A stretch of DNA of 64,000 bases. Origin: Phycisphaerales bacterium. GTDB taxonomy: Bacteria > Planctomycetota > Phycisphaerae > Phycisphaerales > UBA1924. The DNA lies in NCBI GenBank assembly GCA_965227775.1, contig OZ245777.1, positions 2,944,001 to 3,008,000 of the forward strand. Direction: 5' to 3'. Shown here in pieces: positions 47,398 to 56,616 of this stretch (position 1 is the stretch's first letter; every line of letters starts with the position of its first letter). A program made the position numbers and the translations under genes. The notes beneath the pieces were generated by a model. It was given only the letters and a program-made list of their open reading frames with translations, was not told the DNA's origin and ran no database searches.

Positions 47398-49334
47398 GCC
47401 CTCGGGGTCTCTCGCAGGGCTCGCTCGAGGAGCGTGCGGGCTATCTTGACGTAGTCGCGATCCGAGACGATGCCGACGAGTCGCTCGTTCTCGACGACGG
47501 GCAGGCACGCAACGCGGTGCTCGCTCATGAGCCGGATTGCCTCGAGCGTTGGCGTATCGGGCGTCACCGTAATGGGGTCGCGGACCATGATGTCCGACAC
47601 CGGCATCGCTGCGGGGTCTCTCGAAGAGCGTTCGTGGGTCAGCACGCGCAGCAGTTTGCGATAGCTCACGATGCCCACGAGCCGGTGATGTGCATCCTCG
47701 ACGGGGATGTGCCGCACGTGCTCCCAGTCCATGATGGACGCGACCAGATCGATGCACTCGCCCTCGCCCACGGTGAACAGGTCGGTGGTCATGCACTGCG
47801 ACACGCGCGCATATCCCAGGACCGCGTTGGCCCCGCCGTCGTCGCCCTCATTGGCGGCGATGTTCCATTCGTGCACCGGCTGCTGGCGGTCCTGGCGATC
47901 GAGCATCGCACGCGTCAATCCGGAGAGGCTCCCCCGGTGGGCTTTCGAACCCCGTGCGTGCGCTGCCGCGTCGAGGATCCACCGCGCACCGGTTCGTCCA
48001 GTCGAGACCCGTGCCTCGATGATGCCCAGCATCCGTTCGGCATCGTCCTCGTTGACGCCCGCGGAATCGAGTCCGTTTCGGGCCACGGGCAAGAAGTCGT
48101 GCAGGATCAGGTCGGCGATCGGATGGTCGCGTCCATCGAGCCAAGCCATGTGGGCGCTCAGTCCGTCGCGGGCGGCCCGCAAGAAGTTGTTGCGCGCATC
48201 GCCCAGTTCGAGCCTCTTGGAAACATCGGGCCACTCGGCCGGCCCGGCGACCATGAGCCCGATCCAGAATGCCGCGTTGGCGACTTCGTCGACCATCGTG
48301 GGCCCCGATGGCAGCACCCGATTCTCGATACGCAGGTGCGGGCGACCTTCGGTTACGCCGTAGCAGGGCCGCATCCACCGGTACACCGACGAATTGAACG
48401 CCTGCCACGACGCGAGCTTGGGCGTTCGACCGGCCTTGAGTTCTTCGATGGGGTCGGGCTGGTCGTCGGCCGACGCGTGCAAGAGCTGGCGGAAACGGGC
48501 CACATCGGCTCGTAGCACTTCAAGCACGGATGACTCCACCCATGCTTCTCCGAATCGGACACGTCCCACGAAGTCGCGATGCCCGACGCCCTCGCCGCGA
48601 GTGTCGACCGACTGCTGGAACGTGGCGATACGCGTCTCACGCCATAGGCGCCGCCCGAACAGCATCGGTGAGTTGACCGCGGCCGCCAACACCGGCGCCG
48701 CAACAGCGAGTGCAACGTTGTATGCGTCGGCGAACTCGCCGGGAGTCGTCTGGTAGTGCACCTGGAAGCTGGTGTTGACCGACTCGAGCATCACGCTCGG
48801 ATGCCGTACGGAAAGCTCATCGGCTCCATCGATGTGCAACTCGTAGTCATCGCCGCGGAGCTTGCGCAGCGCCTCGTCGAGACTGCGGTACCGCGGGTTG
48901 GGCATGATGTTGTCGGTCGTCAGGTGCGAGAGGTCGACCGTCGGGCAGATGCCGGTCATTAAGGCCCGAGCGCCGAACGTACGGCACGCGGCGTCGACCT
49001 CGCCGTACAGGCTGGCCAGCTGCGCTTCGAGCGACGCCAGGCACGGACCGTCGAGATCGATCGGATCGCAGTTGAACTCGACATTGAATCGCGCGATCTC
49101 GGGCACGACCCGCTCGTCATCGATGCGCTCGAGTAGCGGCTCGGCGATCGGCGCGGGCTGCATTGAACCGTCGACCAGGAACAACTCCTGCTCGACACCG
49201 ATGCGGCGTCGATCGGTCTCGAACATCGCGTGCTCGAGCATCCACTCCATCGCATCGAGGTCGCGGAGCACGCGCTGCATTGCCACTCGGTCGGCTTCGC
49301 CCCCGTCGGTCGAATTGATCCGTTGCACGCCCAT
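47394..49334 (-). CDS. glutamate--cysteine ligase-like (GCS2) carboxylate-amine ligase fused to a C-terminal CBS pair
   Basis: IGVEQEL, EIARFNVE, TSFQVH, NSPMLFG..WRETRI, HLRIENR; two CBS repeats (VRHIPV..LVGIVS, VACLPVV..LVGIVS). Confidence 0.88.
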   Translation of the reverse strand: MGVQRINSTDGGEADRVAMQRVLRDLDAMEWMLEHAMFETDRRRIGVEQELFLVDGSMQPAPIAEPLLERIDDERVVPEIARFNVEFNCDPIDLDGPCLASLEAQLASLYGEVDAACRTFGARALMTGICPTVDLSHLTTDNIMPNPRYRSLDEALRKLRGDDYELHIDGADELSVRHPSVMLESVNTSFQVHYQTTPGEFADAYNVALAVAAPVLAAAVNSPMLFGRRLWRETRIATFQQSVDTRGEGVGHRDFVGRVRFGEAWVESSVLEVLRADVARFRQLLHASADDQPDPIEELKAGRTPKLASWQAFNSSVYRWMRPCYGVTEGRPHLRIENRVLPSGPTMVDEVANAAFWIGLMVAGPAEWPDVSKRLELGDARNNFLRAARDGLSAHMAWLDGRDHPIADLILHDFLPVARNGLDSAGVNEDDAERMLGIIEARVSTGRTGARWILDAAAHARGSKAHRGSLSGLTRAMLDRQDRQQPVHEWNIAANEGDDGGANAVLGYARVSQCMTTDLFTVGEGECIDLVASIMDWEHVRHIPVEDAHHRLVGIVSYRKLLRVLTHERSSRDPAAMPVSDIMVRDPITVTPDTPTLEAIRLMSEHRVACLPVVENERLVGIVSDRDYVKIARTLLERALRETPRA

Positions 49335-49489
49335 GCCGCGAAGCCCCCCGGCCGCTGACAGTTCCCGTCGCGCGAGGATAGGCCATCTTCCTAAGACGCC
49401 CTGTATATCGAATCATACAGGGAAGGTACTTGTAAGGGCTTCTGCATGAACGGGTGCTTGGCAACCAAGGCCCGACCTCGCACGCGCCG

Positions 49490-49519
49490 AAACAAAAAAC
49501 GGGACCCTGAGGGATCCCG
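49490..49519 (-). terminator. rho-independent terminator downstream of tRNA-Val
   Basis: minus strand CGGGATCC-CTCA-GGGTCCCG followed by TTTTTTGTTT. Confidence 0.8.
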
Positions 49520-49536
49520 CTCTCTCGTGGATGAAG

Positions 49537-49610
49537 TGGGCGATACAGGACTTGAACCTGTGACCTCCTCGATGTCAACGAGGCGCGCTAGCCAACTGCG
49601 CTAATCGCCC
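49537..49610 (-). tRNA. tRNA-Val(GAC)
   Basis: GGGCGATTAGCGCAGTTGGCTAGCGCGCCTCGTTGACATCGAGGAGGTCACAGGTTCAAGTCCTGTATCGCCCA; cloverleaf with anticodon GAC; CCA not encoded. Confidence 0.97.
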
Positions 49611-49833
49611 GATATGTCGCCGCTCTGGGCCGCATTCGACCCTTCAGCGGGCCACGAGTATATCGGCCCGCAACCCCCGGGGCGACAGCCCGTACAATCG
49701 GGAGGTCGCCCCAATCCGGGCACGCCATGAGGCGTCCCCCGGCCCCGCCGACGCGGCGACCCGCACCCGGGCCCTCCCCCCACCCCCACGATGGACAGGT
49801 GGACCCCACGCCCGGGCACAAAGGAGGCCGCCA

Positions 49834-50790
49834 ATGCGTGCCATGCCCCCGTTGCTGTTCGTTCCATCGTTCATATTGCTGAGCTCGATGACCGGCACCG
49901 CGTTCGCTCAAGACGCACCGACGCCCGCGAAACCCGCACCAAGCTCGTTGCCCAGCGTCGAGCCGCCAGCGGAGCTCGAGCGGCCCGAGGACGTGCAGGA
50001 AGCCCTCCGAGCCCACCACCTCAGGCGGGAGCAGCTCGAGGTCGAGCTGCGTCGCATCCGGCACACCTACTTCCGCAACCCGCGGGCGAAGGACCTGCGC
50101 GCCGCGGGCATCGAGAAGCTCAAGGAGTACAACGATCCGGCGATCTTCGAATCGATGATCGAGATGTTCACGCGCAGTGGCGACGACGTTATCGAGGCCA
50201 TCATGGGCCACTTGGCCGAGCTCGACACGCCCGAGGCTCTCGCGACCATCGCGTGGACAGCCGTGTTTGACACGCATCCGCGCCGCCGTTCGATGGCAAG
50301 CGACGTGCTCGCCGATTCGCTCCAGAACAGAGAAGCTCCGCACACGGTCAAGAGCGTGGTGGCCGACGGCCTGCGTCGCAGCCACGACCCGCACGTCGCC
50401 AACGCCGCCGGCCTTGCCGCAACACTCAAGATGGCCGATGCCATACCGGCCATGATCGCCAGCCAGGTCGTCGGCCGCGGCACGGGTAGCGACGGCGGGG
50501 CCCTGGCCTACATCCTCATCGGCCAGCAGCAAGCGTTCGTGAGCGACCTCGAACCAGTCGTCGGCGACAGCGCCGTCGCATTCGACCCCGAGCTGAGCGT
50601 CGTGACCGAGGGCGTCGTGCTCCGCGTGCTTGATTCGGTCGTGGTGACCTACCGCGTCGAGGTGCACGAGGCGCTGGTGCGCCTTACCAGCGACCTCAGC
50701 GGCGAGGACACCAGCTATCTGGGCTGGGACGTGCCCAAGTGGCGGCAGTGGTACACGAAGGAGTTCTTGCCCGGACGTGGGCCGACCTAA
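49834..50790 (+). CDS. secreted HEAT-like repeat protein with a secretin-like C-terminal motif
   Basis: signal peptide, helical repeats, QQQAFVSDLEPVVGDSAVAFDPELSVVTEGVVLRV; RBS AAGGAGG. Confidence 0.75.
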   Translation: MRAMPPLLFVPSFILLSSMTGTAFAQDAPTPAKPAPSSLPSVEPPAELERPEDVQEALRAHHLRREQLEVELRRIRHTYFRNPRAKDLRAAGIEKLKEYNDPAIFESMIEMFTRSGDDVIEAIMGHLAELDTPEALATIAWTAVFDTHPRRRSMASDVLADSLQNREAPHTVKSVVADGLRRSHDPHVANAAGLAATLKMADAIPAMIASQVVGRGTGSDGGALAYILIGQQQAFVSDLEPVVGDSAVAFDPELSVVTEGVVLRVLDSVVVTYRVEVHEALVRLTSDLSGEDTSYLGWDVPKWRQWYTKEFLPGRGPT

Positions 50791-50793
50791 AGC

Positions 50794-51741
50794 TCACTGC
50801 ACCAACCCCTTCGTCAATCGCATAAACGCCGTCTCAAGATTCACGGCCTCCTCCGTGAAGCTCGCAAGCCGGAAGCCGCTATTGATCAGGATGCTCGGCA
50901 CATCGGCGATCGCAACCGCACCCTCTTGATCGAGCGTCGCATGAATCTCGACGCCCTCATCCCCGTCGACTAATTCGGCCTTCTTCACGCCCGGCAGCTT
51001 CTTGAGCACGGCGGCCGCGTCGGGGGATCGCTCCGTGACACGGATGTGCAGCACCTGGCCGACGCGGGCGCGGCCAAGCGCCTCGCGCACCGTGCCGGTG
51101 TAGAGCAGTTTGCCCTGCTCGATGATGCCCACGACGTTGCACAGCTCCGCAAGCTCATGCAAGATGTGACTGGAGATCAGGATTGTCTTGCCCATCCGCT
51201 TGAGCTCCTTCAGGAGCTCGCGGATCTCAATGCGTGCTCGTGGATCGAGGCCTGACGCCGGCTCGTCCATGAGCAGGACCTTAGGATCGTGCAGCAGCAC
51301 GCGCGCGACGCTGAGGCGCTGCTGCATGCCGCGGCTGAGGCTGTTGACCTCTGCCGTCGCCTTGTACGTCAAGTCGGTCAACTCGAGCACGTCGTTGACG
51401 ACGGTCTTGCGCTGCTTGCCGTGGATGTCGTACGCGGCCGCGAAAAACTCGAGGTACTCCGTGACGACCATGTCCTCGTACGCACCCATGAAGTCGGGTA
51501 CGTAACCGATCAAGGGGCGGATGAGCCGATTCTGGTAGCCGATGGTGTTGCCGGCGACCTGGGCCTGGCCGCTGCTGGGCTTGAGCAGCGTGGCGAGGAT
51601 CTTGATCGTCGTCGTCTTTCCGGCGCCGTTAGGGCCGATGAAGCCGAAGCAATCGCCCTCGTCGATGGCGAGGTTGAGGTTGTCGAGCGCGACGAGGTCT
51701 CCGTAGCGCTTGGTCAGGTTAATTGTCTCGATGATCGGCAC
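50794..51741 (-). CDS. ABC transporter ATP-binding protein (ABC-2/DrrA type)
   Basis: GPNGAGKTT, LSRGMQQR, LLMDEP, SSH. Confidence 0.93.
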   Translation of the reverse strand: MPIIETINLTKRYGDLVALDNLNLAIDEGDCFGFIGPNGAGKTTTIKILATLLKPSSGQAQVAGNTIGYQNRLIRPLIGYVPDFMGAYEDMVVTEYLEFFAAAYDIHGKQRKTVVNDVLELTDLTYKATAEVNSLSRGMQQRLSVARVLLHDPKVLLMDEPASGLDPRARIEIRELLKELKRMGKTILISSHILHELAELCNVVGIIEQGKLLYTGTVREALGRARVGQVLHIRVTERSPDAAAVLKKLPGVKKAELVDGDEGVEIHATLDQEGAVAIADVPSILINSGFRLASFTEEAVNLETAFMRLTKGLVQ

Positions 51742-51759
51742 GAATCCGTCCTCGTCTGT

Positions 51760-54252
51760 CTAGAAGTCTGGTCCCGACTGATCGCCTTCGTCGTCCGCGC
51801 CACCCAAGCCGCTGCCGGCCGTAGGTGTTGCCGAGATCGCCGGCGACGCCGGGTCCAGCGGGTACACCCATCGCACAAACGTCCGGCCGCGCAGGTTTGG
51901 ATCTCGCCCGTCGATGGTCATCGGCGTCGGGCAAGGGGCCCCACCGCTCGACCCACCTCCCACACCCATGTGCCCAAGCACGATGATGCACGGCCGAGTC
52001 ATCCACACACCCAAGTCGAGCCCGTGCATTGCGCGACGAGTCGCCGCACCATATTCGCTTCCGCCACTCGTGCGCGAGTCCGGCGGAGCTCCGATCTGAC
52101 TGATGAAGCTCGCAATCGTGAGCTGCTCTCCGACGCTGCGTGCATCGCCCGGCAGGTCCGCGCGATCTCCCATGCTCAATCGGGGCACGCCTCGACGATC
52201 GAGCAACTCTCGCAGCGAGACGTCGTCGGCCCCCGAACGCGACGTCACGGTCGCGAGATCAAGGGGCGTCCCCGGCTGCCAGGTGTCCCCCAGCCGGAAC
52301 GCGGCCGCGTCCATGATTGGGCGATTGGCGCTAATGCCCGGCTGCACGTCGAGCATGCCGTGGTTCACGATAATGACCACGTCGTAGAGATTGCCAGGAA
52401 GGTCGTGGACGAGACGGCCCGTCGCCTCGCTGGTGAGCTCGGTCGCGGGCAGGCCGACCGGACGGGGCGTGGCAACAAGTTCGCCGGGCGCACCGCCGTC
52501 GCCGACGGGCGTGAGCATGGGCCACTGCGTGGGTCCGGCCCATTGCACGGCGAGTTCCTTCATCGTCGAACGCACCGGGAAGGTCATCGAATCAGGCCGC
52601 GCAGCAAGCACCCGGTAGCCGCGATTGTCCGGGAAGCTGCCCAGGCTCGCCGTGAGCTCCGGCGACATCCAGGGGCTGACGGTCGCGACGATCGAGCCAT
52701 CGCCAGGCTGATCGGCATCGCCCACGCCGACCGTTGCCTGACCGTACCAGGGCACGATGAGCCCAGCCCATGTTCTCGTGCGCTGCACGTTCTGCCCGTA
52801 CACGTGGTCGATGACCGTCAGGTGGGCACCCTTGATGCTCGCGGGGCTGAGCAGCACGGCACCGCCCCACGCAATGCCGGTGAACACCGCCGTCACGCCC
52901 AGGAATGCCAGCCACGCGTGCTTCGCCCGGCCCGTCTTCTTGAGCACCGTAAAGCCCAACGGGCCTGCAACCAACCAATACGCGATGAACACAACGAATC
53001 CGAGTAGCACGCCAGCCGCAGGGCTGCCGGTCTGCGCGATGGCCGCATCGATGATGTGGTCATACGCGCGCACGCGCCGGTTTGGCGGGGTGATCTGCTG
53101 CGAGCTGCGGAGGTTCCACGGGCGCAGATCGCCGCGCCGCCCCAAGATGCGATGCCAGAAGCTCCCCGCCGATGGCGCGCCGATGCGGGCGAGCGAGTCC
53201 TCACCGGCGTCAAAGCCGACCAGTGTGACCTGGCCGATGCCAACCTGGCGTCGCACGACGATCGCATCGCCTTGCGGGTCGGCGATGATCACCGCGGCCT
53301 CTTCGGGGAGCGCGTCATCACGTGGCTGGAACGTGTGGGCAACCACCGTTGGCGGCAGGACGACGTCGCTTCGCAGCGTTAGGAACGGCCGGATCGGCCC
53401 GGTCGGATAGCTCGGGTTCCGAGTCGCCGTCACGCTCGGCATGATGTCGAACAGTGGGTTGTTGAGCTCGCCCGAGAGCCAGGTGCCGCCAACTTGCGGC
53501 ATGATGACGACGAGGTGACCGCCCTGCAACACCCATCGTCGCAGCGTGTCAGCGCGTTCGGCACCAAGCGAGACAGGCTCGCCTTGCGTCCAAACGAACA
53601 CGCCGTACTGGCTCAGCCCCGGGTACGAATCAGGCATGGTCGAGGGATCAAGCCGCGTCGACACGACCGTGGGTTCGTGCAGGCGGCTGTCGTAGGCCTC
53701 GGTCCGCCCCTCGCCATAGACGGTCAGCCCCGCCGGCTTCGTCCCGATGACGCCGATGAGCCCGGCCGTCTCAGGGGCCAGGCCTCGCGGCGACAAGTGG
53801 GCCTCGCCGACCAACCGGCCAGCACGCGGAAGGCCGGCCTCGGCCTGCTCGGCCTCGTAGACACGGGCGAGTAGCCGATCGCCCGACGTGAAGCGATAGG
53901 GCAGCCGGACGTACGCCCAGATCTGCTGCCGCTGGCCGGGGTTGGAGGCAAGTCCACGCTCGTACAGCGTGGTGTCGCCGTCGGCGTCCTTTACTTCGAC
54001 TCGGATCAACAGCTCACGCTGGCGGACACCCCTGTCCGTGATGCCCAGCCGCAGGCCCGCCCACGAGCCCCGTCGCACGACGTCGCCCAGCCCGAACTCG
54101 ATCGCCTCGATCGCGACCTCGCCCTGGCCGATGCCCAAGGCTGCCATGGGGTCGGAAACGTCGTCCTGAGCAACGGCGGGAGAGGCCAGCACCGCGGCTA
54201 CAACGGCAATCGCACTCAAGAGCCGCCCCAGGACACCCGATCCACATGGCAT
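51760..54252 (-). CDS. large membrane protein with an extracytoplasmic GATase-like domain, ABC-associated
   Basis: signal peptide (..SPAVA/QDD), WVLQGGHLVV, two central TMs (YWLVAGPLGF..AWLAF); start uncertain (ATG 54252 or TTG 54219). Confidence 0.75.
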   Translation of the reverse strand: MPCGSGVLGRLLSAIAVVAAVLASPAVAQDDVSDPMAALGIGQGEVAIEAIEFGLGDVVRRGSWAGLRLGITDRGVRQRELLIRVEVKDADGDTTLYERGLASNPGQRQQIWAYVRLPYRFTSGDRLLARVYEAEQAEAGLPRAGRLVGEAHLSPRGLAPETAGLIGVIGTKPAGLTVYGEGRTEAYDSRLHEPTVVSTRLDPSTMPDSYPGLSQYGVFVWTQGEPVSLGAERADTLRRWVLQGGHLVVIMPQVGGTWLSGELNNPLFDIMPSVTATRNPSYPTGPIRPFLTLRSDVVLPPTVVAHTFQPRDDALPEEAAVIIADPQGDAIVVRRQVGIGQVTLVGFDAGEDSLARIGAPSAGSFWHRILGRRGDLRPWNLRSSQQITPPNRRVRAYDHIIDAAIAQTGSPAAGVLLGFVVFIAYWLVAGPLGFTVLKKTGRAKHAWLAFLGVTAVFTGIAWGGAVLLSPASIKGAHLTVIDHVYGQNVQRTRTWAGLIVPWYGQATVGVGDADQPGDGSIVATVSPWMSPELTASLGSFPDNRGYRVLAARPDSMTFPVRSTMKELAVQWAGPTQWPMLTPVGDGGAPGELVATPRPVGLPATELTSEATGRLVHDLPGNLYDVVIIVNHGMLDVQPGISANRPIMDAAAFRLGDTWQPGTPLDLATVTSRSGADDVSLRELLDRRGVPRLSMGDRADLPGDARSVGEQLTIASFISQIGAPPDSRTSGGSEYGAATRRAMHGLDLGVWMTRPCIIVLGHMGVGGGSSGGAPCPTPMTIDGRDPNLRGRTFVRWVYPLDPASPAISATPTAGSGLGGADDEGDQSGPDF

Positions 54253-54538
54253 GTCTATCGGCCCCGAAGCCTGGCTCGTCGTCTTCGCCGCGGCAGCGAT
54301 CGGCATCGCAGGCATGCTGCTGACGCTCGCAGCCGCGATCCGCCGGAACATGGCGATCATCGACCTCGAGGTGCGTGTTCGCCATTTGCGAGCAGAGCAG
54401 CGACAGCGCATGATCGAGCGAGGGCTCATCGAACCCGAAGAGGGCGAAGTCATCGAGGTCGATGCAGTCGACGATCTGCTCGAGGTCGAGCCCATTGAAG
54501 ACCAGCCCGAACCCGTCGCCCAACCCAAGGCCGCCTGA
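54251..54538 (+). CDS. small single-TM protein with acidic tail
   Basis: N-terminal TM, helical segment, acidic C-terminus; ends 1 bp from the convergent gene. Confidence 0.6.
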   Translation: MSIGPEAWLVVFAAAAIGIAGMLLTLAAAIRRNMAIIDLEVRVRHLRAEQRQRMIERGLIEPEEGEVIEVDAVDDLLEVEPIEDQPEPVAQPKAA

Positions 54539-54539
54539 C

Positions 54540-55985
54540 TCACGCTCCACCGCTCCGCAGCAGGTCGATCAGCACGGCGTGCGATCGCGCTCCCATGCGG
54601 AAGCACGGCAGCTCGAACTTCTCATTGGGTGAGTGCACGCGATCATCGTCGAGCCCGAACCCCATGAAGACAGTGTCGAGGCCCAGGCTGTCCTTCAGCA
54701 TGCCGGCGACCGGAATCGACCCGCCGGTCTTGATGAGCGCGACTTCCATGCCGGTGGACTGTTCCATAGCCTGCCGCGCCGTAGCGAGCCACTTCGAGGT
54801 GGGGTCCACGCTCGACGGATGCCCGCCGTGCATGTCTTCGAGCTCCCAGCGACAGCCGGGCGGCGTGCGGGCTTCGAGCCAGGCAAAAAACTTCTTGGCG
54901 ATGTCGTCGGGATCCTGATCCGCCACGAGCCGGAAGCTGACCTTCGCGGTGGCATACGCGGGGATAACGGTCTTGGCGCCCGCGCCGGTGTAGCCGCCCC
55001 ACATGCCGTTGATCTCGGCGGTCGGGCGTGCCCACTCTCGTTCGATGCTTGTAAAACCAGCCTCGCCGATGTCGGCTTCGGGCCCAAGCCCGATGTGGCT
55101 GAGCATGTCGTGCACATCAATGTTGAGCGACTTCCAGCCGGCGCGTTCCTCGTCAGTGGCCTCGATGACGGCGTCATAGAAGCCGTCAATTGTGATGTGG
55201 CGGTTCCCGTCCCACATCTGGGCCAGCACCTTGCTGAGTTCGTTCAGCGGGTTGGGCATCCGGCCGCCCCAGAAGCCGCTGTGCACGTCCTTGTCGGGGC
55301 CGTGCAGGCGGATCTGCGTGTACGCAAGGCCGCGCACGCCGTAAGTGATCGCCGGTCGCGTCCGAGAGATCATGCCCGTGTCGCTGATGAGGCAGAAGTC
55401 GCAGCCCTTAAGCTCGGCCTCGTAGTCCTTCAAGAACTTCTCGAGATTCTCAGAGCCGGACTCCTCCTCACCCTCGAGCAGCACGGTGATGCGCAGCCCG
55501 CCGGCCGCCTCGCCGCTCTCCTCCTTCCACGCCAGCAGCGCCTCGAGGAACATGGCTACCTGGCCCTTGTCATCGCTCGCGCCGCGCGCCACGACGTGGT
55601 CGGCCGGCGTCTTTGAGTCAGCCTGCTTGACGATCGGGTCGAACGGGCCGGTCTCCCACAGATCGAGCGGGTCGGGCGGCTGCACGTCATAGTGCCCGTA
55701 GAACAGCACGTGGGGCCCCGAGCCCGAATCCGCGTTTGGCGTCTTTGCCAGCACGCAAGGGTGGCCCGGCTCGTCACCGGAACCAGTGGGCAGCACGCGA
55801 GCGGTCAGCCCTGCCTCTTCCAGCCGTTCGGCCGCCCATTGCGCCGCCTCCTGGCACTGGGCCTTGTACTGCGGATCGGCGCTGATGCTGGCAATGCGCA
55901 GCCAATCGCAGAGCCGCTCGATGGACTGTGGTTCAATGCGCTCGAGCTTCTTGAGGACCTGATCGATCAAAGTTCGTGCTCCCAA
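54540..55985 (-). CDS. M20 family dipeptidase/metallo-hydrolase
   Basis: YGHYDVQP, ARGASDDKG, EGEEESGS, HSG, VHSPNEKF; TTG start. Confidence 0.92.
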   Translation of the reverse strand: MGARTLIDQVLKKLERIEPQSIERLCDWLRIASISADPQYKAQCQEAAQWAAERLEEAGLTARVLPTGSGDEPGHPCVLAKTPNADSGSGPHVLFYGHYDVQPPDPLDLWETGPFDPIVKQADSKTPADHVVARGASDDKGQVAMFLEALLAWKEESGEAAGGLRITVLLEGEEESGSENLEKFLKDYEAELKGCDFCLISDTGMISRTRPAITYGVRGLAYTQIRLHGPDKDVHSGFWGGRMPNPLNELSKVLAQMWDGNRHITIDGFYDAVIEATDEERAGWKSLNIDVHDMLSHIGLGPEADIGEAGFTSIEREWARPTAEINGMWGGYTGAGAKTVIPAYATAKVSFRLVADQDPDDIAKKFFAWLEARTPPGCRWELEDMHGGHPSSVDPTSKWLATARQAMEQSTGMEVALIKTGGSIPVAGMLKDSLGLDTVFMGFGLDDDRVHSPNEKFELPCFRMGARSHAVLIDLLRSGGA

Positions 55986-56055
55986 CGCGGCTTCTTACGC
56001 CGCCGAAGGGGCATCGTTGCAGCCTCGGCCGCAAACTTCCCGTGACCCCAAGGAA

Positions 56056-56577
56056 TCAGCCGCCGCGGCCTTGGGCTTCCTGCCGATCGAGGGCTTCGAG
56101 CATCATGTCAACCGGGGGCCGAGGATTTCGACCCACCACGTCACGGCCGCAATCGGGGCATGTCACCGATTCGCCCTGGGGCACGTACACCCAGGTGGCG
56201 TCCATCTTGGCCCTGCCGTCGCGGGTCCAGAAGCACGCCTCTGCGGGCATCAGAGTTCTGGTGCCGGTATTCGGGTTTTCCATGGGGAACGACATGCCAT
56301 CGGGCACCCGATAGTCGATGAACAACTCGCCGGTCTCGGTATCAATCAGCGTGTGCTCTTGGCTCCAGCGCTCGAGCGAGCCCGTCTCGCTTTGCAAAGC
56401 ACGCGCGCCGAGCACGGCCGCACCAATGAGACAGCCCAGAATGACAACCGCAAGGATGACATTCTTCGGTGGCAGGTTGCCCGAACCGCCGTCGCCACCA
56501 CTCTTCTTCGAGGGTTTGTGTTGCCGATCGAAGTCATCGATCAGGCTTCCAAGGCTGTCCTGCTGTGCCTGGGTCAT
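56056..56577 (-). CDS. hypothetical single-TM protein with Cys motif
   Basis: TM, PAEACFW, CPDCG; follows the prepilin gene. Confidence 0.7.
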   Translation of the reverse strand: MTQAQQDSLGSLIDDFDRQHKPSKKSGGDGGSGNLPPKNVILAVVILGCLIGAAVLGARALQSETGSLERWSQEHTLIDTETGELFIDYRVPDGMSFPMENPNTGTRTLMPAEACFWTRDGRAKMDATWVYVPQGESVTCPDCGRDVVGRNPRPPVDMMLEALDRQEAQGRGG

Positions 56578-56616
56578 CGCTGCTCCGCTGGGACAGGGCA
56601 CTTTCGAGTAGAGGAC

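Noticed and set aside
40140..49610. Genomic island integrated at tRNA-Val
   Set aside because: I found no duplicated tRNA 3' end and no integrase, and genes next to the tRNA have host-like GC.
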